The notes under the pieces: model-generated | What the model saw: the letters and a program-made list of their open reading frames with translations, nothing else | Told to the model about the DNA's origin: nothing | The model's database searches: none | In this document: positions 28,657 to 41,791 of the stretch, in pieces | Position numbering within the stretch: the first letter of the stretch is position 1 | How the letters are laid out: each line of letters begins with the position of its first letter | Program-made: the position numbers and the translations under genes | Origin: Lama guanicoe | Lineage: Eukaryota | Assembly (NCBI GenBank): GCA_013239625.1 | Contig: MU055488.1 | Span: forward strand, 219,882 to 283,881 | Length of the DNA: 64,000 nt | Direction: 5' to 3'

Positions 28657-29298
28657 TAGGGGCTGGTGGACAGGTGTCTCCTGCTTTCATCTTCTTTAGT
28701 CTCAGAAGTGTTTCTGATCTTGAAAGGAACAGTTTTTCTTTTGGTTATTTTCTGACCCACATTTGAGGCTGGACTGAGGCCCAGAAGAGCTTGCTCCACA
28801 CTTTGTGAAAGTGACTGCTGTCGGGGTTCGGTGCCACCTTGCGGCTTGGGCACTGTGAGGAGAGCTTGTTCTGATCAGCCTGGGTCCCAGTCACAGGCTT
28901 CTTTCAGAGGAAGCCAGCTACCTCCCCGGGTTTATTCAGAAAACAGAGCTGTCTTTGCTTGAGGGTGGCAGCGGCCTGCTTTAATGGATAGACTGCTTTT
29001 GAGTCCGTGGTTCCCAGGGAAGTAGACCTTTCTACTGTGCTTGGGGTAATGTCTTTTTAACAATCTTCAGTTTTATTTCGAGTAGTAAGATGTATGGTTT
29101 GGCAGGAATTACCTGATTAAGTTTGCTCAGCCTTCGTCTCCAGTGATAGCAGGTTCCAGAGAAGTGTGTTCTGTTTTAGGGCTGTTCTACGGACATACCT
29201 CTTGGGTGTTCTGCGTACAGCTTGTTCCGTAAGTTGTTGTTGGTGAGACTAAATGTTAGTGGTTACTTTCCAGATGCCATGGAAATCAACGTTCTACT

Positions 29299-29485
29299 CT
29301 GTAATAGGGCTCCCTCGAAAAACAGGACCTATGTATGTGTGCATACGTGTGTGTGTGCGTGCAGACTTATTGTGAGGAACTGGCTCGTGCGGTTGTGGTG
29401 GTGGTTGTGGAGGCTGGCACATGCCAGGGTCTGGGAGCTGGAGGCCCGGGAGGAGCTGGTGCTGCAGTTTGAGTCTGGAGGCAGG
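29299..29485 (+). mobile_element. LTR remnant (MLT2-like)
   Basis: tgtaatagggctccctcgaaaaacaggacc...ttattgtgaggaactggctc...tgctgcagtttgagtctggaggcag. Confidence 0.6.
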
Positions 29486-30214
29486 AAGGCACCGCGTTTC
29501 CTCTGTCCCGACCACACCTCCGTGTTCGTCAGGGTGATGGCAACATGGTGGGCTCAGCCTGCGTCTTGCTGTTTGTTTTCTCTCTTCTGGCTTTTCCTTC
29601 TTTTTCTTCACTTTGTCCTCTCTGATGTATTTTCACGTTGCCTTTTAGACTCCTCCTTTTAGTGGTTAACTTCCCCCGAGAGGAGTAACCTGTTGGCAGG
29701 TGGGCCCAGCACTCTGACCGCCCAGCGCCCGAGGCCTCTGCTCCCTGACGCGGGTGTGGCACTCACACGAGGCCCCAGTGAGAGTTCCGTGCAGAGTTCC
29801 GGTGCCTGCTCAGCTCCCCTCCCCGGCACCTGTCCCACTTCCTCACCGTCTCCCTAGTCAGGGACTTTGTTCTACCTCTGCCTGGGCTCCATTTCCCTGT
29901 GCGTGCTTTAGAAAGTGCCTTTTGGGAGGAAGCAGAGGTGAAGGGGGTGCACCTGGGGGCCTCCTTCCCCGTGGTTGTCACCTTGTTCCTGCCAGCAGTT
30001 GCTTTGTGTATTTTGTCCGGATTTTATGGTTGGTTGAGGCAGAGGGAAAGTCCAGTGCAGCCTGGGGCCTGTCATCGTATGTCCACCTGTCTTTGATTGC
30101 TGAGCGCTGTTGTGAGCCCTCTTCCTCTGGGATAGCTGGCACGTGTCCTGGCTGGGGGGTGGTCGCAGGGCGCCTGTTCATCTGCCAGGTGACGCCCCTG
30201 GTCAAGGTACCTGT

Positions 30215-30830
30215 TGCTGCTCCAATTCAGGCGCCAGCCCCGATGTGCCCTGCAGCCGATCTCAGTTCTGAGCCCATCTACCTGGACAGTGCACTGGACC
30301 CCCCGGTCAAGGGCTCAGCCCACAAGAGTCCACCCTGGCTCCCATCGCAAGTCCAGGTGTCACCTGTGCTTCTGACAGACCGGCTGCCCATGGCGCTTCC
30401 CACAACCCCCTGGTTGGGTTTGGTGATTTGCTGGAGTGGCTCGTTGAGCTCAGAGAAGCATTTGACGTGTGAGATCATGGGTTTGTCGTAAAAGGCTCTG
30501 ATGCAGGAACGGCGGGTGGGAGACATGTAAAAGGCACGGCCTGGGGGGCCTGGAGCTCCCTCGCCCGCCGAGTGTGCCACCCGCACATCCCGCCATGTGT
30601 CCACCAGCTCAGCAGTTCTCCAGACCACCTCTTCTGGGTCTTTGTGGAGGCCTTGCTGTGCAGCCGGAGGTGATGAGGTGACTGGCCACCGGCGCTTGGT
30701 TGAGCTCCCTGGAGGTTGGGGTGGGACTGAAAGCTCAGCTATCTCATCCCACAGTTGTCCCAGCACCAGCACTGTCCTCGGGGCTCTCCCAGAGTCCCCT
30801 TTTCCCTGCAGCAGAGGAGCTTAACTGAGA
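30215..30830 (+). mobile_element. LTR remnant (MER21-like)
   Basis: tcagttctga...ctacctgga...aagggctcagcccacaaga...cacctgtgcttctgac...tttgctggagtggctc...ggggtgggactgaaag. Confidence 0.6.
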
Positions 30831-31961
30831 AATGGACAAAGACTAAACGTGTTTCCTGTTACCAGTCACACCGTCACGACTAGGGAACATGGTACCCCCA
30901 CGTTTAGCAGCTTCAGACTGCATTTTTAATGCCACTGCTTCTGTGGCCGGAGTCCAGGTGTGCTTAGCTGTGCCCTCTGGTTGGGGTCTCTCTGAGGGCT
31001 TCACGAAGTTCAGCTGGAGGCGCCCCACATCCAGGCACACAGGCGGCATTCTCGTAGCCTCGGGGGATGTCCCCTCACCTCTGCTGTGCTCGTGGTGAGG
31101 AGAGAGTCCTGGGCGCGGCTGCTCTGAGGGGTTGTGTGAGAACCAGGATGCCGGCTGCCTGGGAGCTGCGTGACATTGTCCTTGTTTTACGAGACCGCAG
31201 GCCTCCAGGCCACAGTTACGGGTGTCTGAGCTGGGGCTCAAGCTCCGTGTTGGTCTCCCGGGCCCAGGTCTCTGCAAACTGGACTGGCCTCAGCCCGCGG
31301 CCCCCAGCCTGCGGCCCCTAGCTTTCACTCTGACTTGGCACCTTTTATGCCCCAGGCTGTCCTGAGCTGGGCCTGCCCGTCTCTGGGAGGGCTGGCGTTT
31401 GAGGGCCTTGCTCTGTGCGGGCCCTGCTGGGAGTGCTTCATGCCCACCCCCGTCCCCTGGGGAAGCGGTGCAGGCCAGACAGCTGAGCTGGCCCGTGCTG
31501 GTGGCCTCAGCGATGGTGGGGGGTCGGTGGGAAGTGGTGAGCATGGTCTGTGGGAGCTGGTGGTGGACGAGCTGTGGCACTAGGGGTGACGAGGCAGCAT
31601 CTGGCCCTGCGGTGGGGGACGGGGTCAGGGGGCGGTTGCTCTGCTCAGCTGGGGCCGGAGGCCAAGCGCGTGAAGCTGAGGACAGGGCAGTGGGCTCACA
31701 CTCGCCATCCCTGCTGTTTCCACGTGTGGGGCGGGTTCTGAGTGGTGTGGAGTATGGTTCTGGGTTCTGTGGCCGGGTCGAGGTCTTTTCTGGGCAGCCG
31801 ACACTGGCCGTGGTCAGTGCCAGCCTCCTTCCTGTTCATCCCCCTGTGCGTGTGTGCGATTGTCGCAGATGTGACCTGAGTTGTTGATTCCAGCTGTCGA
31901 GACGGCTTCCCCTCCAGCACCTGGTCGTCCTGTGGGCCTGATGTGCATTTGCTTCTCACAG

Positions 31962-32098
31962 GTACCAGCGCGGCTGCCGCTCCTTGGCTGCCAGCCTGCA
32001 GCCCTGCGCCCAGAGTCCACGAGAGCTGGGGACGCAGGCCGAGAGCCCAGACAGCGACGGAGAGGATGATGTCCCCGAGGAGGTGGAGAGCGTGATAG
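31962..32098 (+). CDS. TBCD: TBCD exon 10
   Basis: ctcacag|G TAC CAG = YQRGCRSLAASLQ...DGEDDVPEEVESVI; donor G|gtgcgc; 137 nt. Confidence 0.96.
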
Positions 32099-32541
32099 GT
32101 GCGCACCCCCCACCATGCTCCACCTGGGCAGGTCGGAGGTGAGGCTGGGGCCGTCGGACGGCTCAGTCATGGCGCACCTTCCACCCTCACAGGCTCTGTT
32201 CTGCGCGGTAGGCCTTCCACTGCTTCCTGGTGTCTTGCACCGGGGTCTCCACTGACCTGCTTGCAAGGCCCTTACCACTTGGGAGGCCCTGACACTCCCA
32301 GCGTTTGTTTGGTGTCTCCATGGCCTTTCCTGGAGGCTGGCTGTTTCCAAGACCCCTTCCCCAGCCTCTGGCAGACACCCGGAAAGTCTCTGGGAAGCCT
32401 CCCACTGACCTGCGGCCTTCCCTGCTGGCACCCTCTGCCAGTGACCGTCGTGGTAGGTGGGTCTGCTTTCAGGGATAGTGGCCTTCAATGACGATTTGAA
32501 AATGCAGAGGAGAAGGTGTTCTCTCTTGCAGCAAGCATTAA

Positions 32542-32697
<156 letters not shown>

Positions 32698-33097
32698 TAG
32701 GTGTCCGCATCTGCGTCTGCGTCGGCCGGGGCTGGGGTGGGGCGAGGGGGGGGGTGGCAGCTTGTGCACACGACCCCCCCACCCCCCACCGGGTCTGCTG
32801 AGCCTCCGTCATTCAGCGAGTGTCGTGGGATTTGAGAGCTGTAGACAGCCTGGAGAGTTTGGGAGGGTAGAACGATTTTTTCCTGATTCGCGTTGGTCGC
32901 TGTATGTTCTGGTTTCAAAGACAATCACTGAGGTTGACGAGCAGCCTGTTCGTTCTGTCGCCTTTCCGGCTCGAATGGCACCCCCCCCGATGGGGCGCCC
33001 CCTCTCCCGTCTCGGAGCTCCGGGGGGAGGAGGCAGCCCATCCAGCCAGGCCAGGGCCATGGGGGACACACGAGGTGGACGTTGTGGAGAAAAGTAA

Positions 33098-33322
<225 letters not shown>

Positions 33323-34957
33323 TAGGCGCGGGGAGCGCGGGGTTGCGGGCAGGCGTGTTTCTGGGTGAAGGCAGTGGCTCCCCCTGCCCCGTCGCTGAGC
33401 TGGTCGTTGGGCTCCCTACAGCCTTTTCTCCTCCTCCTGAAGTTAGTTTTGGGGACTCCAGTTGTTCTCCTGTGCTGCTTTTATCAGCTTAGACTCCAGT
33501 ACATTTAAAGCCTTGACGAAGAAGAGGTCAGTTTTGCGCATGTCCACACGTGGAAGAGTGTCCTTTGAGGGAGCCGTTTTCTTTGGACTGGAACCAGGTC
33601 CGCCCTTTTCGAGGGAGCTTCTCTGAGCTTGGCCTGTCCCAGGTCTGGGGCTGTCGAGATCTTCGCAGAGGCCCTGGGGGCTGAGGTCTGAATTCTAAAC
33701 CGCGTTTAAGTTTGTTGGATTTAAATTGAACAGCCACATGTGGTGGCAGTCGTGCTGTGTCTGCTGTGACCTCCCAGGGGACCCTGGGTAGTACCTGCCC
33801 CTCCACTCAGATGGTTTGAGGGGCGTTAGCTCAGGATGGCCCCCAGAGATAGTGCCCAGGCCCCTCAGCCCAGGGCTGGGTGGAAGTGGCTGCCAAGGAG
33901 GGGAGGAGGCCTGGCCGGGCCCTGGAATCTGCCGTCTGAACCCAGCTCTGGGTGGTGGGAGGGGGTGGTCTCCAGGCAACAGGGTCCCGGGTGTGCTATG
34001 GACCCGGCGCTGCCCTGTCTCAGTGGCGGTGCACCACTCTCCTCCCTAGCCTTTCCCACTGGTAACATTTCAGTTACAAAGTCAGGTGGAGGCGATGACC
34101 CCTCTGCCCCTCTGCACCCCTGCCCATGCCGTCCCCTCGCAGGTAACCCGGCACCCTTCCCTCGTGTCCTTCCAGGAATGGTGAGTGTGGGGTGGGGGAC
34201 AGAGGAAAACATCTCCTCCACTCACACTGCCCCACTGTCCTCTTCCAGGGCGTCCTCAGTTGGGTCCCGACCTAGTCTCGGCCTTCCACTCTCCTGAACC
34301 TGCTGTGGTTTCCACTCCTCTGATACCAGGGTTGCCCAGGGCTTGGCTCTGGGGCAGGCACTCACCCTCAGGCAGTGGGTGCAGCACGCGCTGGGGATGG
34401 TGGCACGTGGGCGTCCGTGTCCGCGGTGCCGGTTTGGGGGGTTCTGAGTCCCCGCCGATCTGAGAAGCAGGTATTCTCACTCGGTGTAAGGCCAGGGTTG
34501 CCCCTTTAAACGAGAGCTTCCCGAGGACTTCAGGGAAGTTTCACTAAGTGCAACATTTTCTTGTGAGGTGACTAGTAGGCGTTATAACTGTTGACTAGAA
34601 GTCTGTGTTTCGGACGGTACAGAGAAGTTCTCTACGTGCTGTTTCATTCTAACTTTCTAATCTCGGTTTTACTCTTTTGAGTTGTCGGGGCCTCTGTGGA
34701 AAGGCCTCCTCGCCCCTCCCGCTGCTGTGGCCTTAACCTAGGTGCGGTCCTGGCACCAGGAGCCCAAGTTTGCTGAGCAGTGTGGTTGCTTAAATGGGCG
34801 GGAGTGGCGGTTGCGGGGGCCCTCCTGTGGGGTCGGGGGTCTGACCAGGATGTGGACTTGGAACTGGGGAGCTGAGCGTGGCAGTTCCTGCCGGTTCGGT
34901 TGGAGGACTGTCTCCTTAGCCGACTGGCATTTTAAGTGCTCACGGGGGGCTTCATGA

Positions 34958-35212
<255 letters not shown>

Positions 35213-35769
35213 TGACTCCTCCCCTCCCCTTCCCTCCCCTCTACGGTGGGCTCCCCCAGCGCATGCCTGCTGTCCGCCCGGATTTGGAGGGCCGGCTGGG
35301 AGCCGCTGCCTTATCCTCTTAACCAGTTTCACCCCGCTGGAGTGGGGGAGATCACCCATTAACGGTGTGTGAGTGGCCACTGTGGTCCCCTGGGCACGAG
35401 GCTCATGCTTGCGAAGGATCGGGGAGGGGGCTTGGCAGTGGGCCTGAGCAGGGGCACAGCGGGGTGGGTGTGCCAGCGTGGGGCTGCGGCCACCTGGAGC
35501 CCTGTCTGTGGTTGTGGGGACTGTCCCTGGAAGTGGCATCAGTGCCCCTGTGGGTAGAAGGGAGGGACATCCCGAAGGATGGAGAGGACCCCATCCTGGG
35601 TGTGTCACTATGGACGCCATGCATCCTGGGGCCACTTCTGTCCGTGCAGAGGGGTGCAGCCCAGTACCTGAGCTCAGGGTGTCACAGGTGCTGGCTAGCA
35701 CCTGGCATCGTGAGGCATAAGGAGGGCTTCTCGACCCCTGTTTCTGGGGAGTCACTCTGGTCATGTCTG

Positions 35770-36860
35770 TAGCAGCTTTGTTGAGATATAATTAATGGAG
35801 CATTAAGTTCACCCATTTAAAGTGTCCAATTTGGTGACTTACGGCATATTTGCAGAGTGTGCGACCATCTTATGTACCTCATTGTCCCTCAGAGGAAACC
35901 CTGCACCAGGGAGAAGTCACCCTGCCTCCCCTCAGCGCCCACCCCAGGCGTCCGCTAGTCTGCCGTTCGTCTGTAAATTTGCTGCTTCTGGACACTTGTA
36001 AACGGCGTCTACGGTGGGGGTCTCCGTGTCTGACTTCTCTCCCTTGCTGGGCGTGTGTGACCTTCATCTGTGCTGTGTGGGACAGCGTTTCGTGGGTGGA
36101 CGCCCACTGCGTGTCTTGCACTACTGGGTGGACGTGGGTCTTCACTCTAGTGATTGTGGATCATGCGCTGTGAACATTTGTGTATGAGTGTGTGTGTGCA
36201 CATAGGATTTGAGTCCTCTTAGTTGTAGACCTGGGAGTGGAATTGCTGGATCTTATGCTCAATCTGTCTGTAACTTTTTGAGAAACTACAAACTGATTTC
36301 CAAAATGGTGGCACCACTGACACCCCTGCGATTCCTGTGAACTGTGTAAAGTGCACAGTTCGGGGCATTCACTCCCTTTACCTCACTGCACAGCCTTTGT
36401 CATCACCGTCTGTTTCCAAAACTTGCATTTCCCCAAACAGAAACTGTCCACATTAAACACTCCCTCCCCTGACTGATCTGTCTGCCTCTGTGACCTCTGA
36501 CCTTGCCTGCTTTGGGGCCTCATGTGAGTGGAACTGTGACGATTTGTCCTTTTGTGTCTGACTGACTTCACTCAGCGTGATGTCTTCGGGGTCAGATCCA
36601 CGTGGCAGCCTGTGCCAGAAGTGCACCCCTCGTTAGGCCTGAATCACCCTCCGCCAAGCGGCTCTTCCACGGCTTGCTCAGCTCCTCCTCTGTCGGGACA
36701 CTGGGCTCATCTCCCCCTCCTCACTGTGCTGGGTAACGCTGCTGTAGGCGCTGGTGTGCACGCGTCTGCCTGAGCCCTCGTTCCGTTTCTCTCAGGTGTG
36801 TACCTAGGACTGGAATTGCTGGGCTTCATGGTAATTCTGTGTTTAGCTTTTTGAGGGTTC
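35770..36860 (-). mobile_element. Two consecutive old LINE-1 3'-end fragments
   Basis: cagctttgttgagatataatt...; the phrase (g/c)tggaattgctgg occurs twice (about 36237 and about 36810). Confidence 0.7.
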
Positions 36861-37703
36861 ATGCTTTTTGTATGTAAAGGTTAGAAGCTTAGAGTTCTGA
36901 AGTCAGGTTCTATGTGAATGCAGAGAGGTACTATGGCTGAAGAATCAGCGAGACTTTTTTTTTGGTTACAAAGGTCTAGAACCCCGTTGTGCTTGTAAAG
37001 ACAGATACAGACAGCCTGCTGTGCGTGCAGGCCACCTGGGGGGAGTCGCACTAGGGGGTGGTCCCAGAGCTGCTGTGAGCCCCTAGGCGGCCCCAGGACT
37101 ACTGGCCTGCGGGGCCGCAGGAGGCCTAGCAGTCATCAGCCGCCTCTGGTTCCTCTTGTCACGATAAGTGGTGGCGAATGCTTCTGGGTGAGCTGTAAAA
37201 AGCGTTCTTAGAATCTGTCGGCCTTGGAAATGGTCTGTTTCCTTGGGTGTAAAGCATGAGGTAAGAGCTTGTCTGTGCGGCACGAGGCTGTGGGCCCAGA
37301 GCTGGAACAGCCCCCGTCACATGGTTCTGCCCCCAGCGGGGTGCGGCCCTGCTGGAGAGCAGGGGCACCCTGATCCTGGCCTTTGTCAGAGTGAATTGGT
37401 GTACGAAACCTGAGGGCCGTCGTGCCGGCGATGGCAGCCGTGTGTGCATTGGTTTCTGGGCAAGAGCGCGCCTGGTGGGCTCCTGGCAGGTGGTTGTCTG
37501 CAGGTGCACCTCGGGCGGGCTGCAGGGCCCCCCCGCGTCCTGGGTGACTTCGGACTCCTGTTGCCTGAAAAGAGTTGTGACAACGTCTGCGTCCCTTTTG
37601 TAAGTTGTAATCAGTGGTTTTTATAAATTTAACCTGTTGCAAAGCAGGCTGTTTGCCATCCTGAATAGTGTTACTTTAAAACAAAGCTATTGCATCACTG
37701 TTT

Positions 37704-37835
37704 CTTTTTCTTTAATTTATTAAAAATTTTTTTTGTTCGGGGGAGGTAATTATTTTTAGAGGAGGTGCTGGGGATTGAACTCAGGACCTTGCACATGCTA
37801 AGCACACGCTCTGCCCCTGAGCTCCACCTTCCCCC
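37704..37835 (-). mobile_element. tRNA-derived SINE (Vic-1-like)
   Basis: ggaggtgctggggattgaactcaggacc...ctgagctccaccttcccc; TSD cactgttt at 37696-37703 and 37836-37843. Confidence 0.88.
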
Positions 37836-38749
37836 CACTGTTTAAATACACCCAGTGGATCAGCCATTGTGGTACGCTGAAACCTACCATCCTCCGTCCA
37901 CATGCGGGGACTTACCCATGTCTCCTTGAGCCCATATTTCCGGTTACTTTTCCCAGAGAATTTTCCCTGATGTCACATATCCCTGCACTTAGTAAAGGTC
38001 TCTTACAGGTCTCCCCGTCCAGGGCCTTCAGTGAGGGGACGTCTGTGAATGCAAAGTCTGTTACGTTCTGTTCTGCCAAAAGGTACTAAGTATTTAAGAA
38101 CTTTTCTAGATTGAGTTTTTACAGAATTAGTTATTAGTAGAAACTTGATCAAGACAACTGAAAATAAAATTTCACTGGAACGCAGCTGTTCAGGTGAGTG
38201 TCTAGTTCAGCTGTGTGGTGTGTGGTGTGTGGTGCTTATACTGAGAGTGAGCTGAATTTCTGCCTCAGCTTTTTACTGAACGTTTTAAATTTTCAGCTCT
38301 CAGTGCTGAGGCCTGTCCCACACATGTCACCGGGAATGACGTTGGCTTTAATGGTGCCTGTTGTTTGAACTCTCCTCGGTCGGCTCTGTTGGGACCGCCT
38401 CTGTTTTGGCCAAAGTGTGAGTGAAAACCAGCTGCCTTGTGGAGAGAGGGCTTTCTCAGCCCCAGCCACTGTTTCTGGGCCCTTTGTCGGCCCTGCAGGT
38501 GGTGTATTGGCTGAGATGCCCTTGGACAGTGGGGAGGGGCCCTCATGAGGCTGCAGGGCCGGTGGCTCTTGCAGGCAACAGCTTAGGAGGCTGTGGCCAC
38601 GGGTGTCTGCACACGCTGGGCTCGAGCACTGGTGGACGGTGGACACGCTCATGCTCACGCGCTCTCACACAGCCGCTCACACAGATGCACCCTTGTTCTC
38701 AGTTTGTTCTAATTGGTGCTTCAGCTCTTTTCTCCTTTTCACTGAATTA

Positions 38750-38837
38750 TTTATTGAGGCAAATACTCCGAAGTATAACCCAGAGTTTATGTTGGTCATC
38801 TTCTTACATATCCTTATGGTTCACCTATGAGTTTATT
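38750..38837 (-). terminator. ZNF750 candidate polyadenylation signals
   Basis: AATAAA on the minus strand at 38832-38837 and 38750-38755, about 650-730 nt after the stop, at the end of an AT-rich 3'UTR-like block. Confidence 0.6.
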
Positions 38838-39478
38838 GGAAAATTAGCAACATACACATCATTTTAGGAAGTGGAAAATGAGGCTGCATGAGTGAGAGAA
38901 TTCACTGTAACGTGGTGAAGAAACAGCGCACGTGCCAAGTAGCTTCGCCAGCAACGCATTCTGCCCAGTGGAAATAAATTACTTGTATAAATAGCGTCTG
39001 CTGTCGGCGTGTTGTTCAGTCGTGACGAATCACAGCGTCTTCACACATGGCATTTTGATGCTAGGACTGGAAATGTCTTGTCTTGGCTTTTTTTTTTTTT
39101 TAGGAATTGTGTACCTCAGAACACACAGATTTAATAGAAAAACAGTTGAACAGTTTGTTCTATTGCTATTTATAAGTGTTTTAAAGAGATTTTCTCTAAG
39201 ATGCTAACACCCAAAAGTTACTTTTCAGTCCCACGCATTTCATTTGATCTTTTACAGAACGTTGAACTCATTAAGTCTTAAGTGTGAGTCATTCAAATAT
39301 TTTACACCCCAAAGTGGAAGCAGCTTTTAACATTCATGCTTAGCATTTACAGAACTGAATTGAATGCAGCTTCATTGCAGTTCTTTTTTGAGAAGAAGAC
39401 CGTATTGTAAAAGCTGACTGGTGGAAAAGCGTTGGGAGCCAGGGGTGTGTGTGCTGTGCCTCAGCTGGGGCCGTGGCT

Positions 39479-40106
39479 CTAGGACACTCGAGTTCTCTTC
39501 CGCAGCGTGAACACCCTGGTGGTGTCACTGGGCTTGGCCCTCTTGGCTCCCTGCTGGGACTTCCCTGCATCCCTTGGACTTGTCCTCTTTTGCCCTTTGG
39601 GTCTGAGGTCACACGGAGCCTCCTGGCTTTCTGGGGTGTGGTGGGAAAGTTCCTGGGCTGTGGGCTCCCCCTCGCCTGGCCGGCTGGTCCCTGCGCTATA
39701 GGCCGCCAGCTGGCAGAGGGCCACGGCCGCCGTCTGCTTCTGCTCCTCGCTGTCCACCGCCTGTGTGTCCGGGGCCTCCCCGGGGCTCGCATCCCCAGAA
39801 CTTGCCGGCTCCGTCCGCATGGTGGGGGCCGTGGTGGGCTCGGGCCCACGTGAGGGGCTGTGGAAGGATGGCCTTGGGGTCAGGGCGTTGCAGGGGTCCT
39901 TCACCGAGAGGTTGAGGGGCACATCCTGCGGCTCCGTGAAGTCTCCGTAGGCAGGGGTGTGGGTGGCTGTCAGCTCAACCTCTGGCTTCTTGGAGAGGTT
40001 CAGCGGGGCCGTCCTGGAGCTGTCCTCCGGGCTGCAGGGCGTGGGGTCTGGGCCAGGAGAGGTGTGTCCGGTCTGAGCCGGGGCCTCTGCACTGCCGGCC
40101 TCGAGG
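39479..40106 (-). CDS. ZNF750: ZNF750 last coding exon
   Basis: Acceptor cttgtctcttccag|C CTC GAG after a 106-nt intron (40107-40212). Two PLNLS motifs (39992-40006, 39905-39919), EEQKQTAAVALCQLA, and basic C-terminus TLRKRTRVS-TAG. Spliced CDS is 2055 nt = 684 aa. Confidence 0.96.
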
Positions 40107-40211
40107 CTGGAAGAGACAAGAGGAATCATCATAGGACCTTGCTTATGAGCGCTGGTGGGGCGGCTAGCGCAGCCAGCAGGACACCGGAGGGTTTGAAAAT
40201 GGAGGCGCTTA

Positions 40212-41791
<1,580 letters not shown>
